A stretch of DNA of 64,000 nt from Eledone cirrhosa (Eukaryota): assembly GCA_964016885.1 (NCBI GenBank), contig OZ024741.1:94302001-94366000 (forward strand), in the 5' to 3' direction. Numbering within the stretch: the stretch's first letter is position 1; the number at the start of each line of letters is the position of its first letter. A model generated the notes under the pieces. It was not told where the DNA came from. It did not search any database and worked only from the letters and a program-made list of their open reading frames with translations. Made by a program: the position numbers and the translations under genes. This document shows, in pieces, positions 23,800 through 39,394 of the stretch.

Positions 23800-26700
23800 T
23801 ATTATCATGGCGTTTGATCATCACCACCGTAATCATCGCCATTATTGCTACAACTACAACTATTACCATCATTATGATCATCTCGATCATAACATACATC
23901 ATCACCATCTACACCATCATCATCATCATTATCATAGGCGCTACCGCCATCATTATCGTTATCATCACATACATCATCACCATTACCATCATCATCATCA
24001 TCATCATTATCACCACCAATACCACCAACAACAGCAACAACACCGCCATTATCATCACCAATACCACCAACAACAGCAACAACACCGCCATTATCACCAC
24101 CAATACCACCAACAACATCAACAACACCGCCATTATCACAACCAATACCACCAACAACAACAACAACACCGCCATTATCACCACCAATACCACCAACAAC
24201 ATCAACAACACCGCCATTATCACCACCAATACCACCAACAACAACAACAACACCGCCATTATCACCACCAATACCACCAACAACATCAACAACACCGCCA
24301 TTATCACCACCAATACCACCAACAACAACAACAACACCGCCATTATCACCACCAATACCACCACCAACAGCAACAACACCGCCATTATCACCACCAATAC
24401 CACCAACAACAACAACAACACCGCCATTATCAGCACCAATACTACCACCAACAGCAACAACACCGCCATTATCACCACCAACAACAGCAACAACAGCAAC
24501 AACACCGCCATTATCACCACCAATACCACCAACAACAGCAACAACACCGCCATTATCACCACCAATACCACCAACAACATCAACAACACCACCATTATCA
24601 CCACCAATACCACCAACAACAGCAACAACACCGCCATTATCACCACCAATACCACCAACAACAGCAACAACACCGCCATTATCACCACCAATACCACCAA
24701 CAACATCAACAACACCACCATTATCACCACCAATACCACCAACAACAGCAACAACACCACCATTATCACCACCAACAACATCAACAACAGCAACAACACC
24801 GCCATTATCACCACCAATACCACCAATACCACCAACAACAACACCGCCATTATCATCACCAATACCACCAACAACATCAACAACACCGCCATTATCACCA
24901 CCAATACCACCAACAACAGCAACAACACCGCCATTATCATCACCAATACCACCAACAACAGCAACAACACCGCCATTATCACCACCAATACCACCAACAA
25001 CAGCAACAACACCGCCATTATCACCACCAATACCACCAACAACAGCAACAACACCGCCATTATCACCACCAATACCACCAACAACAACATCGCCATTATC
25101 ATCACCAATACCACCAACAACAGCAACAACACCGCCATTATCATCACCAACAACAGCAACAACACCGCCATTATCATCACCAATACCACCAACAACAACA
25201 CCGCCATTATCACCACCAATACCACCAACAACAACACCGCCATTATCACCACCAATACCACCAACAACAGCAACAACACCGCCATTATCACCACCAATAC
25301 CACCAACAACAACACCGCCATTATCATCACCAATACCACCAACAACAGCAACAACACCGCCATTATCACCACCAATACCACCAACAACAACACCGCCATT
25401 ATCACCACCAATACCACCAACAACAGCAACAACACCGCCATTATCACCACCAATACCACCAACAACAGCAACAACACCGCCATTATCACCACCAATACCA
25501 CCAACAACAACACCGCCATTATCACCACCAATACCACCAACAACAGCAACAACACCGCCATTATCATCACCAATACCACCACCAACAACAACAACACCGC
25601 CATTATCACCACCAACAACAACAACAACACCGCCATTATCACCACCAATACCACCAACAACAGCAACAACACCGCCATTATCACCACCAATACCACCACC
25701 AACAACAACAACACCGCCATTATCACCACCAATACCACCAACAACAGCAACAACACCGCCATTATCACCACCAATACCACCACCAACAACAACAACACCG
25801 CCATTATCACCACCAATACCACCACCAACAACAACAACACCGCCATTATCACCACCAATACCACCAACAACAGCAACAACACCGCCATTATCACCACCAA
25901 TACCACCAACAACAGCAACAACACCGCCATTATCACCACCAATACCACCAACAACATCAACAACACCGCCATTATCACCACCAATACCACCACCAACAAC
26001 AACAACACCGCCATTATCACCACCAATACCACCAACAACAGCAACAACACCGCCATTATCACCACCAGTACCACCAACAACAACACCGCCATTATCATCA
26101 CCAATACCACCAACAACAGCAACAACACCGCCATTATCATCACCAATACCACCAACACCAGCAACAACACCGCCATTATCACCACCAATACCACCACCAA
26201 CAACAACAACACCGCCATTATCACCACCAACAACAGCAACAACACCGCCATTATCACCACCAATACCACCAACAACAGCAACAACACCGCCATTATCACC
26301 ACCAATACCACCAACAACAACACCGCCATTATCACCACCAATACCACCAACAACAGCAACAACACCGCCATTATCACCACCAATACCACCAACAACAGCA
26401 ACAACACCGCCATTATCATCACCAATACCACCAACAACAGCAACAACACCGCCATTATCACCACCAATACCACCAACAACAGCAACAACACCGCCATTAT
26501 CACCGCCATTATCACCACCAACAACATCAACAACACCGCCATTATCAGCACCAATACCACCAACAACAGCAACAACACCGCCATTATTACCACCAATACC
26601 ACCAATACCACCAACAACAGCAACAACACCGCCATTATCACCACCAATACCACCAACAACAGCAACAACACCGCCATTATCACCGCCATTATCACCACCA

Positions 26701-29700
26701 ACAACATCAACAACACCGCCATTATCACCACCAATACCACCAACAACAGCAACAACACCGCCATTATCACCACCAATACCACCAACAACAGCAACAACAC
26801 CGCCATTATCACCACCAATACCACCAACAACAGCAACAACACCGCCATTATCACCACCAATATCACCAACAACATCAACAACACCGCCATTATCACCACC
26901 AATACCACCAATACCACCAACAACAGCAACAACACCGCCATTATCACCACCAATACCACCAACAACAGCAACAACACCGCCATTATCACCGCCATTATCA
27001 CCACCAACAACATCAACAACACCGCCATTATCACCACCAATACCACCAACAACAGCAACAACACCGCCATTATCACCACCAATACCACCAACAACAGCAA
27101 CAACACCGCCATTATCACCACCAATACCACCAACAACAGCAACAACACCGCCATTATCACCGCCATTATCACCACCAACAACATCAACAACACCGCCATT
27201 ATCACCACCAATACCACCAACAACAGCAACAACACCGCCATTATCACCACCAATACCACCAACAACAGCAACAACACCGCCATTATCACCACCAATACCA
27301 CCAACAACAGCAACAACACCGCCATTATCACCGCCATTATCACCACCAACAACATCAACAACACCGCCATTATCACCACCAATACCACCAACAACAGCAA
27401 CAACACCACCATTATCAGCACCAATACCACCAACAACAGCAACAACACCGCCATTATCACCACCAATACCACCACCAACAACAACAACACCGCCATTATC
27501 ACCACCAACAACATCAACAACACCGCCATTATCACCACCAATACCACCAACAACAGCAACAACACCGCCATTATCACCACCAATACCACCAACAACAGCA
27601 ACAACACCGCCATTATCACCGCCATTATCACCACCAACAACATCAACAACACCGCCATTATCACCACCAATACCACCAACAACAGCAACAACACCACCAT
27701 TATCAGCACCAATACCACCAACAACAGCAACAACACCGCCATTATCACCACCAATACCACCACCAACAACAACAACACCGCCATTATCACCACCAACAAC
27801 AGCAACAACACCGCCATTATCACCACCAATACCACCAACAACATCAACAACACCGCCATTATCACCACCAATACCACCAACAACATCAACAACACCACGA
27901 TTATCACCACCAATACCACCAACAACAGCAACAACAGCAACAACACCGCCATTATCACCACCAACAACAGCAACAACACCGCCATTATCACCACCAATAC
28001 CACCAACAACAGCAACAACACCACCATTATCACCACCAATACCACCAACAACAGCAACAACACCGCCATTATCACCACCAACAACAGCAACAACAGCAAC
28101 AACACCGCCATTATCACCACCAATACCACCAACAACAACAACAACACCACCATTATCACCACCAATACCACCAACAACAGCAACAACACCACCATTATCA
28201 CCACCAATACCACCAACAACAGCAACAACACCGCCATTATCACCACCAACAACAGCAACAACAGCAACAACACCGCCATTATCACCACCAATACCACCAA
28301 CAACAACAACAACACCACCATTATCACCACCAATACCACCAACAACAGCAACAACACCACCATTATCACCACCAACAACAGCAACAACAGCAACAACACC
28401 GCCATTATCACCACCAATACCACCAACAACAACAACAACACCACCATTATCACCACCAATACCACCAACAACAGCAACAACACCACCATTATCACCACCA
28501 ATACCACCAACAACAGCAACAACACCACCATTATCACCACCAATACCACCAACAACAGCAACAACACCGCCATTATCACCACCAATACCACCAACAACAG
28601 CAACAACACCGCCATTATCACCACCAATACCACCAACAACAGCAACAACACCACCATTATCAGCACCAATACCACCAACAACAGCAACAACACCGCCATT
28701 ATCACCACCAATACCACCAACAACAGCAACAACACCACCATTATCACCACCAATACCACCAACAACATCAACAACACCACCATTATCACCACCAACAACA
28801 GCAACAACAGCAACAACACCGCCATTATCACCACCAACAACAGCAACAACACCACCATTATCACCACCAACAACAGCAACAACAGCAACAACACCGCCAT
28901 TATCACCACCAACAACAGCAACAACACCACCATTATCACCACCAACAACAGCAACAACAGCAACAACACCGCCATTATCACCACCAACAACAGCAACAAC
29001 ACCACCATTATCACCACCAACAACAGCAACAACAGCAACAACACCGCCATTATCACCACCAATACCACCAATACCACCAACAACAACACCGCCATTATCA
29101 CCACCAATACCACCAACAACAGCAACAACACCGCCATTATCACCACCAATACCACCAACAACAGCAACAACACCGCCATTATCACCACCAATACCACCAA
29201 CAACAGCAACAACACCGCCATTATCACCACCAATACCACCAATACCACCAACAACAACACCGCCATTATCACCACCAATACCACCAACAACAGCAACAAC
29301 ACCGCCATTATCACCACCAATACCACCAACAACAGCAACAACACCGCCATTATCACCACCAATACCACCAACAACAGCAACAACACCGCCATTATCACCA
29401 CCAATACCACCAACAACATCAACAACACCACCATTATCACCACCAATACCACCAACAACAGCAACAACACCGCCATTATCACCACCAATACCACCAACAA
29501 CAGCAACAACACCGCCATTATCACCACCAATACCACCAACAACAGCAACAACACCACCATTATCACCACCAATACCACCAACAACAGCAACAACACCGCC
29601 ATTATCACCACCAATACCACCAACAACAGCAACAACACCGCCATTATCACCACCAATACCACCAATACCACCAACAACAACACCGCCATTATCACCACCA

Positions 29701-32575
29701 ATACCACCAACAACAGCAACAACACCGCCATTATCACCACCAATACCACCAACAACAGGAACAACACCACCATTATCACCACCAATACCACCAACAACAA
29801 CACCGCCATTATCATCACCAATACCACCAACAACAGCAACAACACCGCCATTATCACCACCAATACCACCAACAACAGCAACAACACCGCCATTATCACC
29901 ACCAATACCACCAACAACAGCAACAACACCACCATTATCACCACCAATACCACCAACAACAGCAACAACACCACCATTATCACCACCAATACCACCAACA
30001 ACAGCAACAACACCGCCATTATCAGCACCAATACCACCAACAACAGCAACAACACCGCCATTATCACCACCAATACCACCAACAACAGCAACAACACCGC
30101 CATTATCACCACCAATACCACCAACAACAGCAACAACACCGCCATAATCACCACCAATACCACCAACAACAGCAACAACACCGCCATTATCAGCACCAAT
30201 ACCACCAACAACAACAACAACACCGCCATTATCACCACCAATACCACCAACAACAGCAACAACACCGCCATTATCAGCACCAATACCACCAACAACAGCA
30301 ACAACACCGCCATTATCACCACCAATACCACCAACAACATCAACAACACCGCCATTATCACCACCAATACCACCAACAACATCAACAACACCGCCATTAT
30401 CACCACCAACAACATCAACAACACCGCCATTATCACCACCAATACCACCAACAACAGCAACAACACCGCCATTATCACCACCAACAACAGCAACAACACC
30501 GCCATTATCACCACCAATACCACCAATACCACCAACAACAGCAACAACACCACCATTATCACCACCAATACCACCAACAACATCAACAACACCGCCATTA
30601 TCACCACCAATACCACCAACAACAACAACAACACCACCATTATCACCACCAATACCACCAACAACAACAACAACACCACCATTATCACCACCAATACCAC
30701 CAAAAACATCAACAACACCACCATTATCACCACCAACAACAGCAACAACAGCAACAACACCGCCATTATCACCACCAACAACAGCAACAACACCGCCATT
30801 ATCACCACCAATACCACCAACAACAGCAACAACACCGCCATTATCACCACCAATACCACCAACAACAGCAACAACACCGCCATTATCACCACCAATACCA
30901 CCAACAACAGCAACAACACCGCCATTATCACCACCAATACCACCAATACCACCAACAACAACACCGCCATTATCACCACCAATACCACCAACAACAGCAA
31001 CAACACCGCCATTATCACCACCAATACCACCAACAACAGCAACAACACCGCCATTATCACCACCAATACCACCAACAACAGCAACAACACCGCCATTATC
31101 ACCACCAATACCACCAATACCACCAACAACAACACCGCCATTATCACCACCAATACCACCAACAACAGCAACAACACCGCCATTATCACCACCAATACCA
31201 CCAACAACAGCAACAACACCGCCATTATCACCACCAATACCACCAACAACAGCAACAACACCGCCATTATCACCACCAATACCACCAACAACAGCAACAA
31301 CACCGCCATTATCACCACCAATACCACCAATACCACCAACAACAACACCGCCATTATCACCACCAATACCACCAACAACAGCAACAACACCGCCATTATC
31401 ACCACCAATACCACCAACAACAGCAACAACACCGCCATTATCACCACCAATACCACCAACAACAGCAACAACACCACCATTATCACCACCAATACCACCA
31501 ACAACAGCAACAACACCGCCATTATCACCACCAATACCACCAACAACAGCAACAACACCGCCATTATCACCACCAATACCACCAATACCACCAACAACAA
31601 CACCGCCATTATCACCACCAATACCACCAACAACAGCAACAATACCGCCATTATCACCACCAATACCACCAACAACAGCAACAACACCACCATTATCACC
31701 ACCAATACCACCAACAACAACACCGCCATTATCATCACCAATACCTCCAACAACAGCAACAACACCGCCATTATCACCACCAATACCACCAACAACAGCA
31801 ACAACACCACCATTATCACCACCAATACCACCAACAACAGCAACAACACCGCCATTATCACCACCAATACCACCAACAACAGCAACAACACCACCATTAT
31901 CACCACCAATACCACCAACAACAGCAACAACACCGCCATTATCAGCACCAATACCACCAACAACAGCAACAACACCGCCATTATCACCACCAATACCACC
32001 AACAACAGCAACAACACCGCCATTATCACCACCAATACCACCAACAACAGCAACAACACCGCCATTATCACCACCAATACCACCAACAACAGCAACAACA
32101 CCGCCATTATCAGCACCAATACCACCAACAACAACAACAACACCGCCATTATCACCACCAATACCACCAACAACAGCCACAACACCGCCATTATCAGCAC
32201 CAATACCACCAACAACAGCAACAACACCGCCATTATCACCACCAATACCACCAACAACATCAACAACACCGCCATTATCACCACCAATACCACCAACAAC
32301 ATCAACAACACCGCCATTATCACCACCAACAACATCAACAACACCGCCATTATCACCACCAATACCACCAACAACAGCAACAACACCGCCACTATCACCA
32401 CCAACAACAGCAACAACACCGCCATTATCACCACGAACAACAGCAACAACACCGCCATTATCACCACCAACAACATCAACAACACTACCATTATCACCAC
32501 CAATACCACCAACAACGCCGCCATTATCATCACCAACAGCAGCAGTAGTGTTATCATAATCTTCATCATTGTCAT
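23800..32575. repeat. ~8.6-kb minisatellite, 42-bp consensus ACCGCCATTATCACCACCAATACCACCAACAACAGCAACAAC, with degenerate (CAT)n-like flanks
   Basis: The 14-codon period is visible in four ORF frames (TAIITTNTTNNSNN, HRHYHHQYHQQQQQ, GGDNGGVVAVVGGI, VVIMAVLLLLLVVL); length variants are all multiples of 3. Confidence 0.97.
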
Positions 32576-32768
32576 CAAATTAAAAACTCCTACACTCACT
32601 AACCAATCGACTTCCGGTCGTTGATCTTTCGTCATTTCACCACCAACCTTAGTGGAAAATGTTCGAGTCTATACGTATCAATCTTAATGTTATTTATTTA
32701 TTGTTTCGGTCATTATTTTAGTTTAGTTAAAGGTCATTTTATCATTTTATTGTGAGAGGGAGGATATT

Positions 32769-32777
32769 AATAATAAT

Positions 32778-32825
<48 letters not shown>

Positions 32826-32826
32826 T
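32769..32826. repeat. (AAT)n microsatellite
   Basis: Direct reading. Confidence 0.95.
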
Positions 32827-33012
32827 GTTTCTACTTTTGGCACAAGGCCAGCAATTATATTTCCAGTGTATTACTGGTATTTTATTTTATCGACCCCGTA
32901 AGGATGAAAGGCAAAGTTAACCTCAGCGGGATTTGAACTCAGACCATAAAAGGCCGTAACTATTTGCTGCAAAGCATGGCGTCCGACCCTCTACCGTTAC
33001 TGCCAATCCGCC
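32822..33012 (-). mobile_element. SINE family A
   Basis: Full reverse-complement match to the 21218 copy. Confidence 0.9.
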
Positions 33013-33023
33013 ATAATAATTAT

Positions 33024-33430
33024 AACCTGACCTGGTGGTTTTGGACAAGGAAAAAAGATCGTGCCTGATTGTAGATGTAGCCTGCCCATTTGACACGAGA
33101 GTGCAAGAAAAGGAGAGGGAGAAAATTAACCGATACCAGGACTTAGAGTGGGAGTTAAAAAGGATTTGGAACTGCCATGAAGTCAGAGTCGTCCCGATTG
33201 TCATAGGTGCACTAGGTACTATCTCAAAGAGTTTCCAGGGATGGTTAAAGAAAGTTAGTCCAGCCCCGCTTTTTGGAACGCTTCAAAAGGCATGCTTGCT
33301 GGGAACAGCAAGAACCCTCTGATACGTCCTGAATATCTGAGGCTGCAGGTAGCGGCTTGATATTCATTTCAACAAACTTTCCAGTTAACTAATATCAATA
33401 ACTGAGACTCAAAGAACAATAATAATAATA
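33024..33430 (+). mobile_element. R4/Dong-like LINE 3' end (restriction-like endonuclease) with (AAT)n tail
   Basis: PDLVVLDK...IVDVACP...EKINRY..L...VVPIVIGALG is the PD-(D/E) REL domain; the segment is flanked by AAT repeats. Confidence 0.88.
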
Positions 33431-33613
33431 ATTGTTTCTACGTTTGGCACAAGGCCAGCAATTATCCCAGTGTATTACTGGTACTTTATTTTATCGACCC
33501 GTAAGGATGAAAGGCAAAGTTAACCTCGGCGGAATTTGAACTCAGAATGGCAAGGGCCGTAATTCTATGCGTCAAAGCATGGCGTCCGATCCTCTACCGA
33601 TACTGCCAATCCA
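33428..33613 (-). mobile_element. SINE family A
   Basis: Full reverse-complement match. Confidence 0.9.
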
Positions 33614-33903
33614 ATAATAATAATAATAATGATTTCATTTATTGGCCACAAGGGCCGACATATAGGGGACAATACAAAAGACTGGGACAGTGGAGTTTTA
33701 CAGAAAAATCGAGTAAACGATATGAATAAACAAAGTAACAATAACAAAGTAACAGTAAAGTAACAAGAAAATTACAAGAAAAAAATTCCCCAATAGGGGG
33801 GATGACCACCTAGGGTTCGCTCAGGTACCCCACCAGTCCTGAACGACCCGAGGCTTCGAGAGCACCCTGGAAGGGCACCCCTCTCCTCTTCAAATTTACC
33901 TAC

Positions 33904-36900
33904 CTACACCCTCACCTTCCTTTCCAAGTGAAACTTGAAAAAATTGATGAGGGATTGGCCGAAGAGAAAAGTGTCTGTCTTCAATCCTTTCAACCTCGTC
34001 CACCAGACAGAGGAAAATTGCCTGCCCTTCTGACCAAAAGAAGGCGGCGGGTCGATCTTCACTATGGACTCGGCCGATAGCCGGATCCGTTCTACACGCA
34101 ACAACAGCTGTTCAACATAACTCCACAAGTCAGTAATGCACAGATACAGAACGAGTGCGTGCAGAACGGTTTCGTCGCTCTGCGCGCATCTCGGGGAGGT
34201 CCGTCTGACAGCACTTCCGTGCTTGTAGAGTTTATCTCGAACCGGCAGTGCCCCCCGGTAGCACTGCCAAGCGAGGGATTTTTGGAAATTATCCATCGTC
34301 CCCGGCTCGAAAGTCCTCCGGTACAGACTGGTTAGTTCGACTTCGTTGACTCCCAGAGCCTCTCCGAGTGCGTCGTCGCACTTGCCCACCACTAACCCTC
34401 TATAGAACTCGAGAGTGGAAGTTCCACTGACCGCATTGCCCGCCTGGTAGAGGGCAGTGAGTGCCTGGCAACATTCCAGATGCCAGTCACCCAGTCTCGG
34501 TCTCTTCTTGACCCAGGACTGCAACTCAGTCAAAGAAACGAGCTGCAGTAAGGCCCGTCTGACAAACGGCGACCACACCTGTTCACCGTTTAGGCAGAAT
34601 ATCTGGAGATGCGGCAGCCTCAGCGCCTGCCTGCGAATCATTAGCCACGGCATGCCCAGCCCTCCACGTAGAGGGTGCTGGCAGCAGATGGACCGCCTCA
34701 CCAGCGGAACCTGACCCCTCCACAAGAATTTGAAGAGGGGCCGCTCCAAGATGGCGAGGCGCGAACGGGGGCAAGGGACGACGGTCAGACGGTAGTAGAT
34801 GACGGATGCGATGTACGCGTTCGCCACCTCCGCCCGACATTTCAGTGATAGCTTCATCCCAGCCCATTTCTGGGTGAGACTGATTACCCTGCCCGTCACC
34901 TCGTCCCAATTCTTATCCACCTGGAGGTCTGGCCCGAACCAAACCCCTAGCAACTTTACCGGTCCGTGCGTCCAGCGCCTAACAACGCTGTTGGACGGCA
35001 TGGACTTGCCTCTCCAGGTGTCGAGTTGCAAGCCTACTGACTTTTCGGGGTTAAGTTTTGCTCCCGTCAACCTTTCATATTCCTCCAATAAGTTGCCGAC
35101 CACCTCGATTTCTGAGGTGTCCGACACCATCACGGTGATGTCGTCCGCATAAGCCGACACAACCTTTCCGGGTCCCGGTTCGAGCGGTATGCCCTGCAAC
35201 AGCTCCAGCTTCCGCAGTAAAGGCTCAAGAGTAAATATGTACAGAATGGAGGAGAGAGGGCACCCTTGACGGACCGATCGGGAGACCTGAAACGGTTCCG
35301 AGAGGTGGCCATTAATTTTGACCATCGAGCAGATGCCGCTGTGCATTGCAGCGATCCAGCCTCTGAAGACGGGGCCGAGGCCAGCCGCCCTGAGGACAGC
35401 CTCCAGGTACCGATGGTCAACCCTATCGAATGCTTTCGATTGATCTAAATTGATCAGAGCCCCACCGAAGCCAGGTTTACACCCTACCCTCTCTATGATG
35501 TATCGCATTAGGTGGAGGTTGTCGTGTATGGACCTGGTTGGGATTGCGCAAGTTTGCGCCTCCCCAACCAAATACCCGACGACAAGCGCCAACCTCTTCG
35601 CTAACACCCTGGCCAAAATCTTAAACTCTGTGTTGAGCAGAGTTATGGGCTTGAAATTGTCTAATGTGTCCCTCTTGTTCTCGTCTTTCCTTATCAGCGT
35701 CACTACACCCCGGCTCACAGAACTGAGAATACTCCCGTTTTGCTGCCAGTTGCAGTAGAGGGCTTCGAGGAGATTGGAGAACAAGTCTGGCATATTTACG
35801 TAAAGCTCGTAGGGCAGACCATCCAAACCGGGTGACTTGCGCCTCATGCAGCCTACAAGGGCATCCTGAATCTCGGCTGAAGTAATTGGCCTTTCGCAGC
35901 GCTCAGCGTCAGCCGTCGAATTGCGGCAAGCCTTCGAGGTAGGGATTGAAGTCCGCCACCATCTCTGAGCCGCCACTTCCCCCGAACAACCGAGCAGAAT
36001 GTTGGCGAAAGGCCTCACACATCCTCTTGGAATCGCTCAGCTCGTGCCCGTCTCAGTCCGTCAAAGACCGATTCGTGGTTTTATTACCACGCTGCGCCTC
36101 TGCCACGCGGGCCCATCGAACCGCTTTGGCTCCCTCGTTTCTCAGAGCACGCGCCTTAGCTCTGACAATGCAACCTTCGTGTTTCGCATTGAAGAAATGG
36201 TCTAATGCCATTCTCGCCGCTAGCACATCAGTTGCAATGCCACTACCAATAGCCTCGTCTAACTTATCTACCAACTCCCCCGCCTTTCTATTTTTCTCTA
36301 ATGCTACTTCTTTGCTAAACTCTATCAACATTACTCTCATCTCTCTTTTGAGAGCCCCCCACCATCTATTGTTGACGACTACCCCTGTCAACTTTTTCTT
36401 AACTAAATTGTTGACCTGGTCCCTGTAAGCCTTACGAGCCGGAAATGACATGTTTAGCTTCCAGTAACCAGGTCCTAACCTACGCGTCTTATCTAGGTCG
36501 ACCATACAGATCACAAACTTGTGATCTGAATAGGCGACCGTTTCAAAACGTGGACAGCTTACACTATTTCTGTCTATTTTCCTAATGAATATCCTGTCTA
36601 TATACGATCAAATGACCCTATGCGGTTAGCCCAGGTCCACACTGGCGCATTAGGAAAATCTAGTCGGTACCTGTCAGACAGTTGGAACTAGCTGATCAGG
36701 TTCTTGAGGCTTTTGCACCCCCGCTCCTATCGGATACTCCCACACAGTCCCAGCGTGCGTCTAAGATGCCGTTCCAGTCCCCCGCTAACAGTAAAGGGCG
36801 AGACGTACCCAGAAAGACTTCCAGGCGTCTAAAGAAGTCCGGCCGTCCTGCCCCAGTAGGAGCATAGACGGCCACCTGTCTAAAGGCACCACCTTCATTA

Positions 36901-37199
36901 TTGTTCACGTCCAGGACCACCAACTTCCCGTCCGGGTCCCGGAAGATCGACCCTACCTCGAGATCCAGGCCTTTCCTAAACAGCACTGCCACCCCTCCTC
37001 CCATTCCCGGCCGGCTAACAGATGCAAAGATCTGATAGTCGTCGAAAATGGGGGCTAGTGCGCGCGTGTCGGAAATCCTGGTCTCGCTGACTGCAATTAC
37101 ATCCATTTCTATAGACCTGAAGTCGTTGAGCAGGTGATCCTGCTTCCAGGACGATCCCAGGCATCGAACATTTAAACATCCTACTCTTAATACGGCCAT
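33904..37199 (-). pseudogene. ORF2: APE endonuclease + reverse transcriptase, frameshifted
   Basis: LNVRCL, VSET, VYAP, AGDWN (APE); GPGYWKLN; KSPGLDG, PITLLN, LDQSKAFD, VRQGCPLS, YADD (RT); GGLG and a C-terminal CxxC..ET..H remnant. Split over ORFs 36696-37199, 36053-36514 and 33904-36018. Confidence 0.92.
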
Positions 37200-37230
37200 G
37201 TTGGCAGGTTAAACAGAGAGAGAGGAAGGT

Positions 37231-39023
37231 TTACTTACCTTCCGGGTTCTTGTGAAGGTCCGGTTGTTCGACCTCCATAGTTAGTGGGGTTTCTTTTGGG
37301 AACCCCTTTAAAAGTCTTGAAGTGGGTTTTACGTTCGGGGTTCCCACGTCCCGAGGAAAGCTGTTTCGTATTTCTTTGAATATGTCGAGCGACATTCGCA
37401 CCAGATCCAAATCTTCCGGCACGCGAAATGTGCTCGATTTAAAAATTTCCCGCTCTTTTTGTATATTTTCACTTCGTGCTACGAGGGCCATCAGTTCCTT
37501 GTTGGCCCTCCTGACGAGCACGAAGTTTTGTATGTTTTGTTGGTGTGATTTTATTTGTTTGCGTGGCTGTGGTGGTGATGGTTTTGGTGGTGTTGTTTCG
37601 GTTGTATCTGTGTTTGTTGTGAGTGCGGTGTCTGTGGTTTCAAATGTTTGTCTGTATATCTGTTCTTGCGTCTGTTTAGGTTGTTTGCGTTTGGGGGATT
37701 CTTGTGATGGTGATGGTGGTGTTGATGTTGGTGTTATTGGAGAGATGTTTGCGTGGGTGGTGTCTGCGTTTTTTATTGTGGGTGATTTTGATTTTTTTTT
37801 TTTCTTTTTGTTTCCTTTTTTGTATTTTGGGGGATTTGGGATTTCCCTCATCTTCACTACTGGTAGATGAGGGGTGTGTGTCTGTAAGTGTGTCTGTATG
37901 TATGTTTAAGGTTTTATTGGTGTGTGTATTTTTGGGGGGAGGGGGAATTTGACAGCTTTCCTCGTTTTCCCCCTGGGTGGTCAATGTTGGTGGTGGTCTT
38001 TCTATTGGTGTTGTTGTTGGTGGTTTTGCCGGTGCAGGTGTTGGTTGTGGTCCTCGCCCCGGCGTCGGCAGCAGTGGAGCCTTTCGACTCCTTGCCTCTT
38101 TCAGCAATTGAGGGCAGAAGACTCGCAAATGGGTTTTTTCCCCACAAACAAAACACTGCGGCCTTTTGCCTTCGGTCATTATGTGAATGACAGTCCCATT
38201 CTGAAGTCGGATGTGGTCTGGGATTGTCTTCACATTCTCGGGCCTGATCTGAAGAAGGATCTCCAGGTCAACTCCGGACCAGTCCTCTCTGGCCGTTCTG
38301 GTCACTTCTATAGGGACTGTATCCGTCCCCTCCACAATCACACATCCCAGAAGCCACCACATGTCACAAGTCCTGGTGGGATTCTGGGAATGCGGAGACG
38401 GGCCGTTCTTTTTCCCATGTGGGAGGGGTACATTATGACCTTGCTGGTTTTGCAAGGAGTCATGGCGTGTTTCATCGCGAGGGCTTCTGACTTGAACAAC
38501 ACCGAAATGGTGCCGTACTGTCTGCCCCTCTCTATGTACTGGGTGTTTTCTCTGATGCACCTCAGCGCGACTTCGACCTCTTCTTGTGGGATTAACGCTG
38601 CCCTTTTGTTTGTGCTGAGATGCATCTATAATGCACCGTTTTGCGCTCCACTGCCTCAATAGCTTCTACCGGGACAGTTAAGTTGGCCCAAGTTTGCTGT
38701 TGCTTGATGAGCTTCCATGCCTGGGCCAACTTTTCATCTTTGTTTGAGAGGTCCATGTTGAAGCATGGCCTCTTTTTTGCTGCTGCCGCAGCGAAAGTGG
38801 TCTTGTTTTCATTAGGGGTGTTGTTGTCGTTGTTCTTGTTGGTGTTGTTGTTAGCACTGTCATCATTGTTGTCTTTGCTGCCACTGTTGTTCTCGGTGCA
38901 GTTGGTATTGTTGCTGTTGGTGTTGTCGCTATTTGTTTTCATGTTAGTGGTGTTGATATTGTTGTTGTATTTGTTATTTTTTTTTTTTGTTATCTGTATT
39001 TTCGTTGTCGCTGTTACTGTCAT
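37231..39023 (-). pseudogene. ORF1: gag-like protein with a CCHC zinc knuckle, frameshifted
   Basis: Asn-rich N-terminus, TTFAAAA motif, CFVCGEKTHLRVFC (CX2CX4HX4C) and a Pro/Thr/Lys-rich tail. Pieces lie in several frames and end 32 bp before the ORF2 ATG. Confidence 0.8.
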
Positions 39024-39394
39024 TTTTTTTCAAATTAGTTCTTATTGGTATCATTGGTGTCTTTGTTTACCTTGTTTGTGGTGGTGTTTGTGTTATCAAT
39101 GTGTGTTAATTTCGCTGTAGCGCTCCTCTCAACTTCTACGTCGTTGTCGCACGACAGCCGACATATCGCTGGGGGCGTGGCTCAGCCATGTTTTTTTTTC
39201 TTCGTAAATTTTTTAACATGTAAAAAAAAGTTCAAATATTTGGGCCAAAAGGCCCAAAGATTATACTTTCCCCTTCACGGGGCAAAGTCTAAGGGTTTAT
39301 AGCCCTTACACAACAAGAAATATTTAACAACAAATAATTTAAACAGGCAAATAAAGCGACTTACTGTGAGCGAGCAAAATACGTCCGCTTAGAC

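Larger units (their letters stand above)
33614..39394 (-). mobile_element. Near full-length (~5.8 kb) Tx1/L1-clade LINE, inactivated, in (AAT)n
   Basis: 5' UTR, ORF1 and ORF2, then cccttgtggccAATAAA and an (ATT)n tail; (AAT)n runs on both sides. Confidence 0.93.

Noticed and set aside
24000-32540. CRISPR-like array
   Set aside because: There are no unique spacers, the units are contiguous tandem repeats, and the context is eukaryotic with no cas genes.
23805-32635. Four ~2800-2900-aa ORFs as protein-coding genes
   Set aside because: They overlap in four frames, lack unique domains and are explained by a stop-free triplet-based satellite; not called as CDS.
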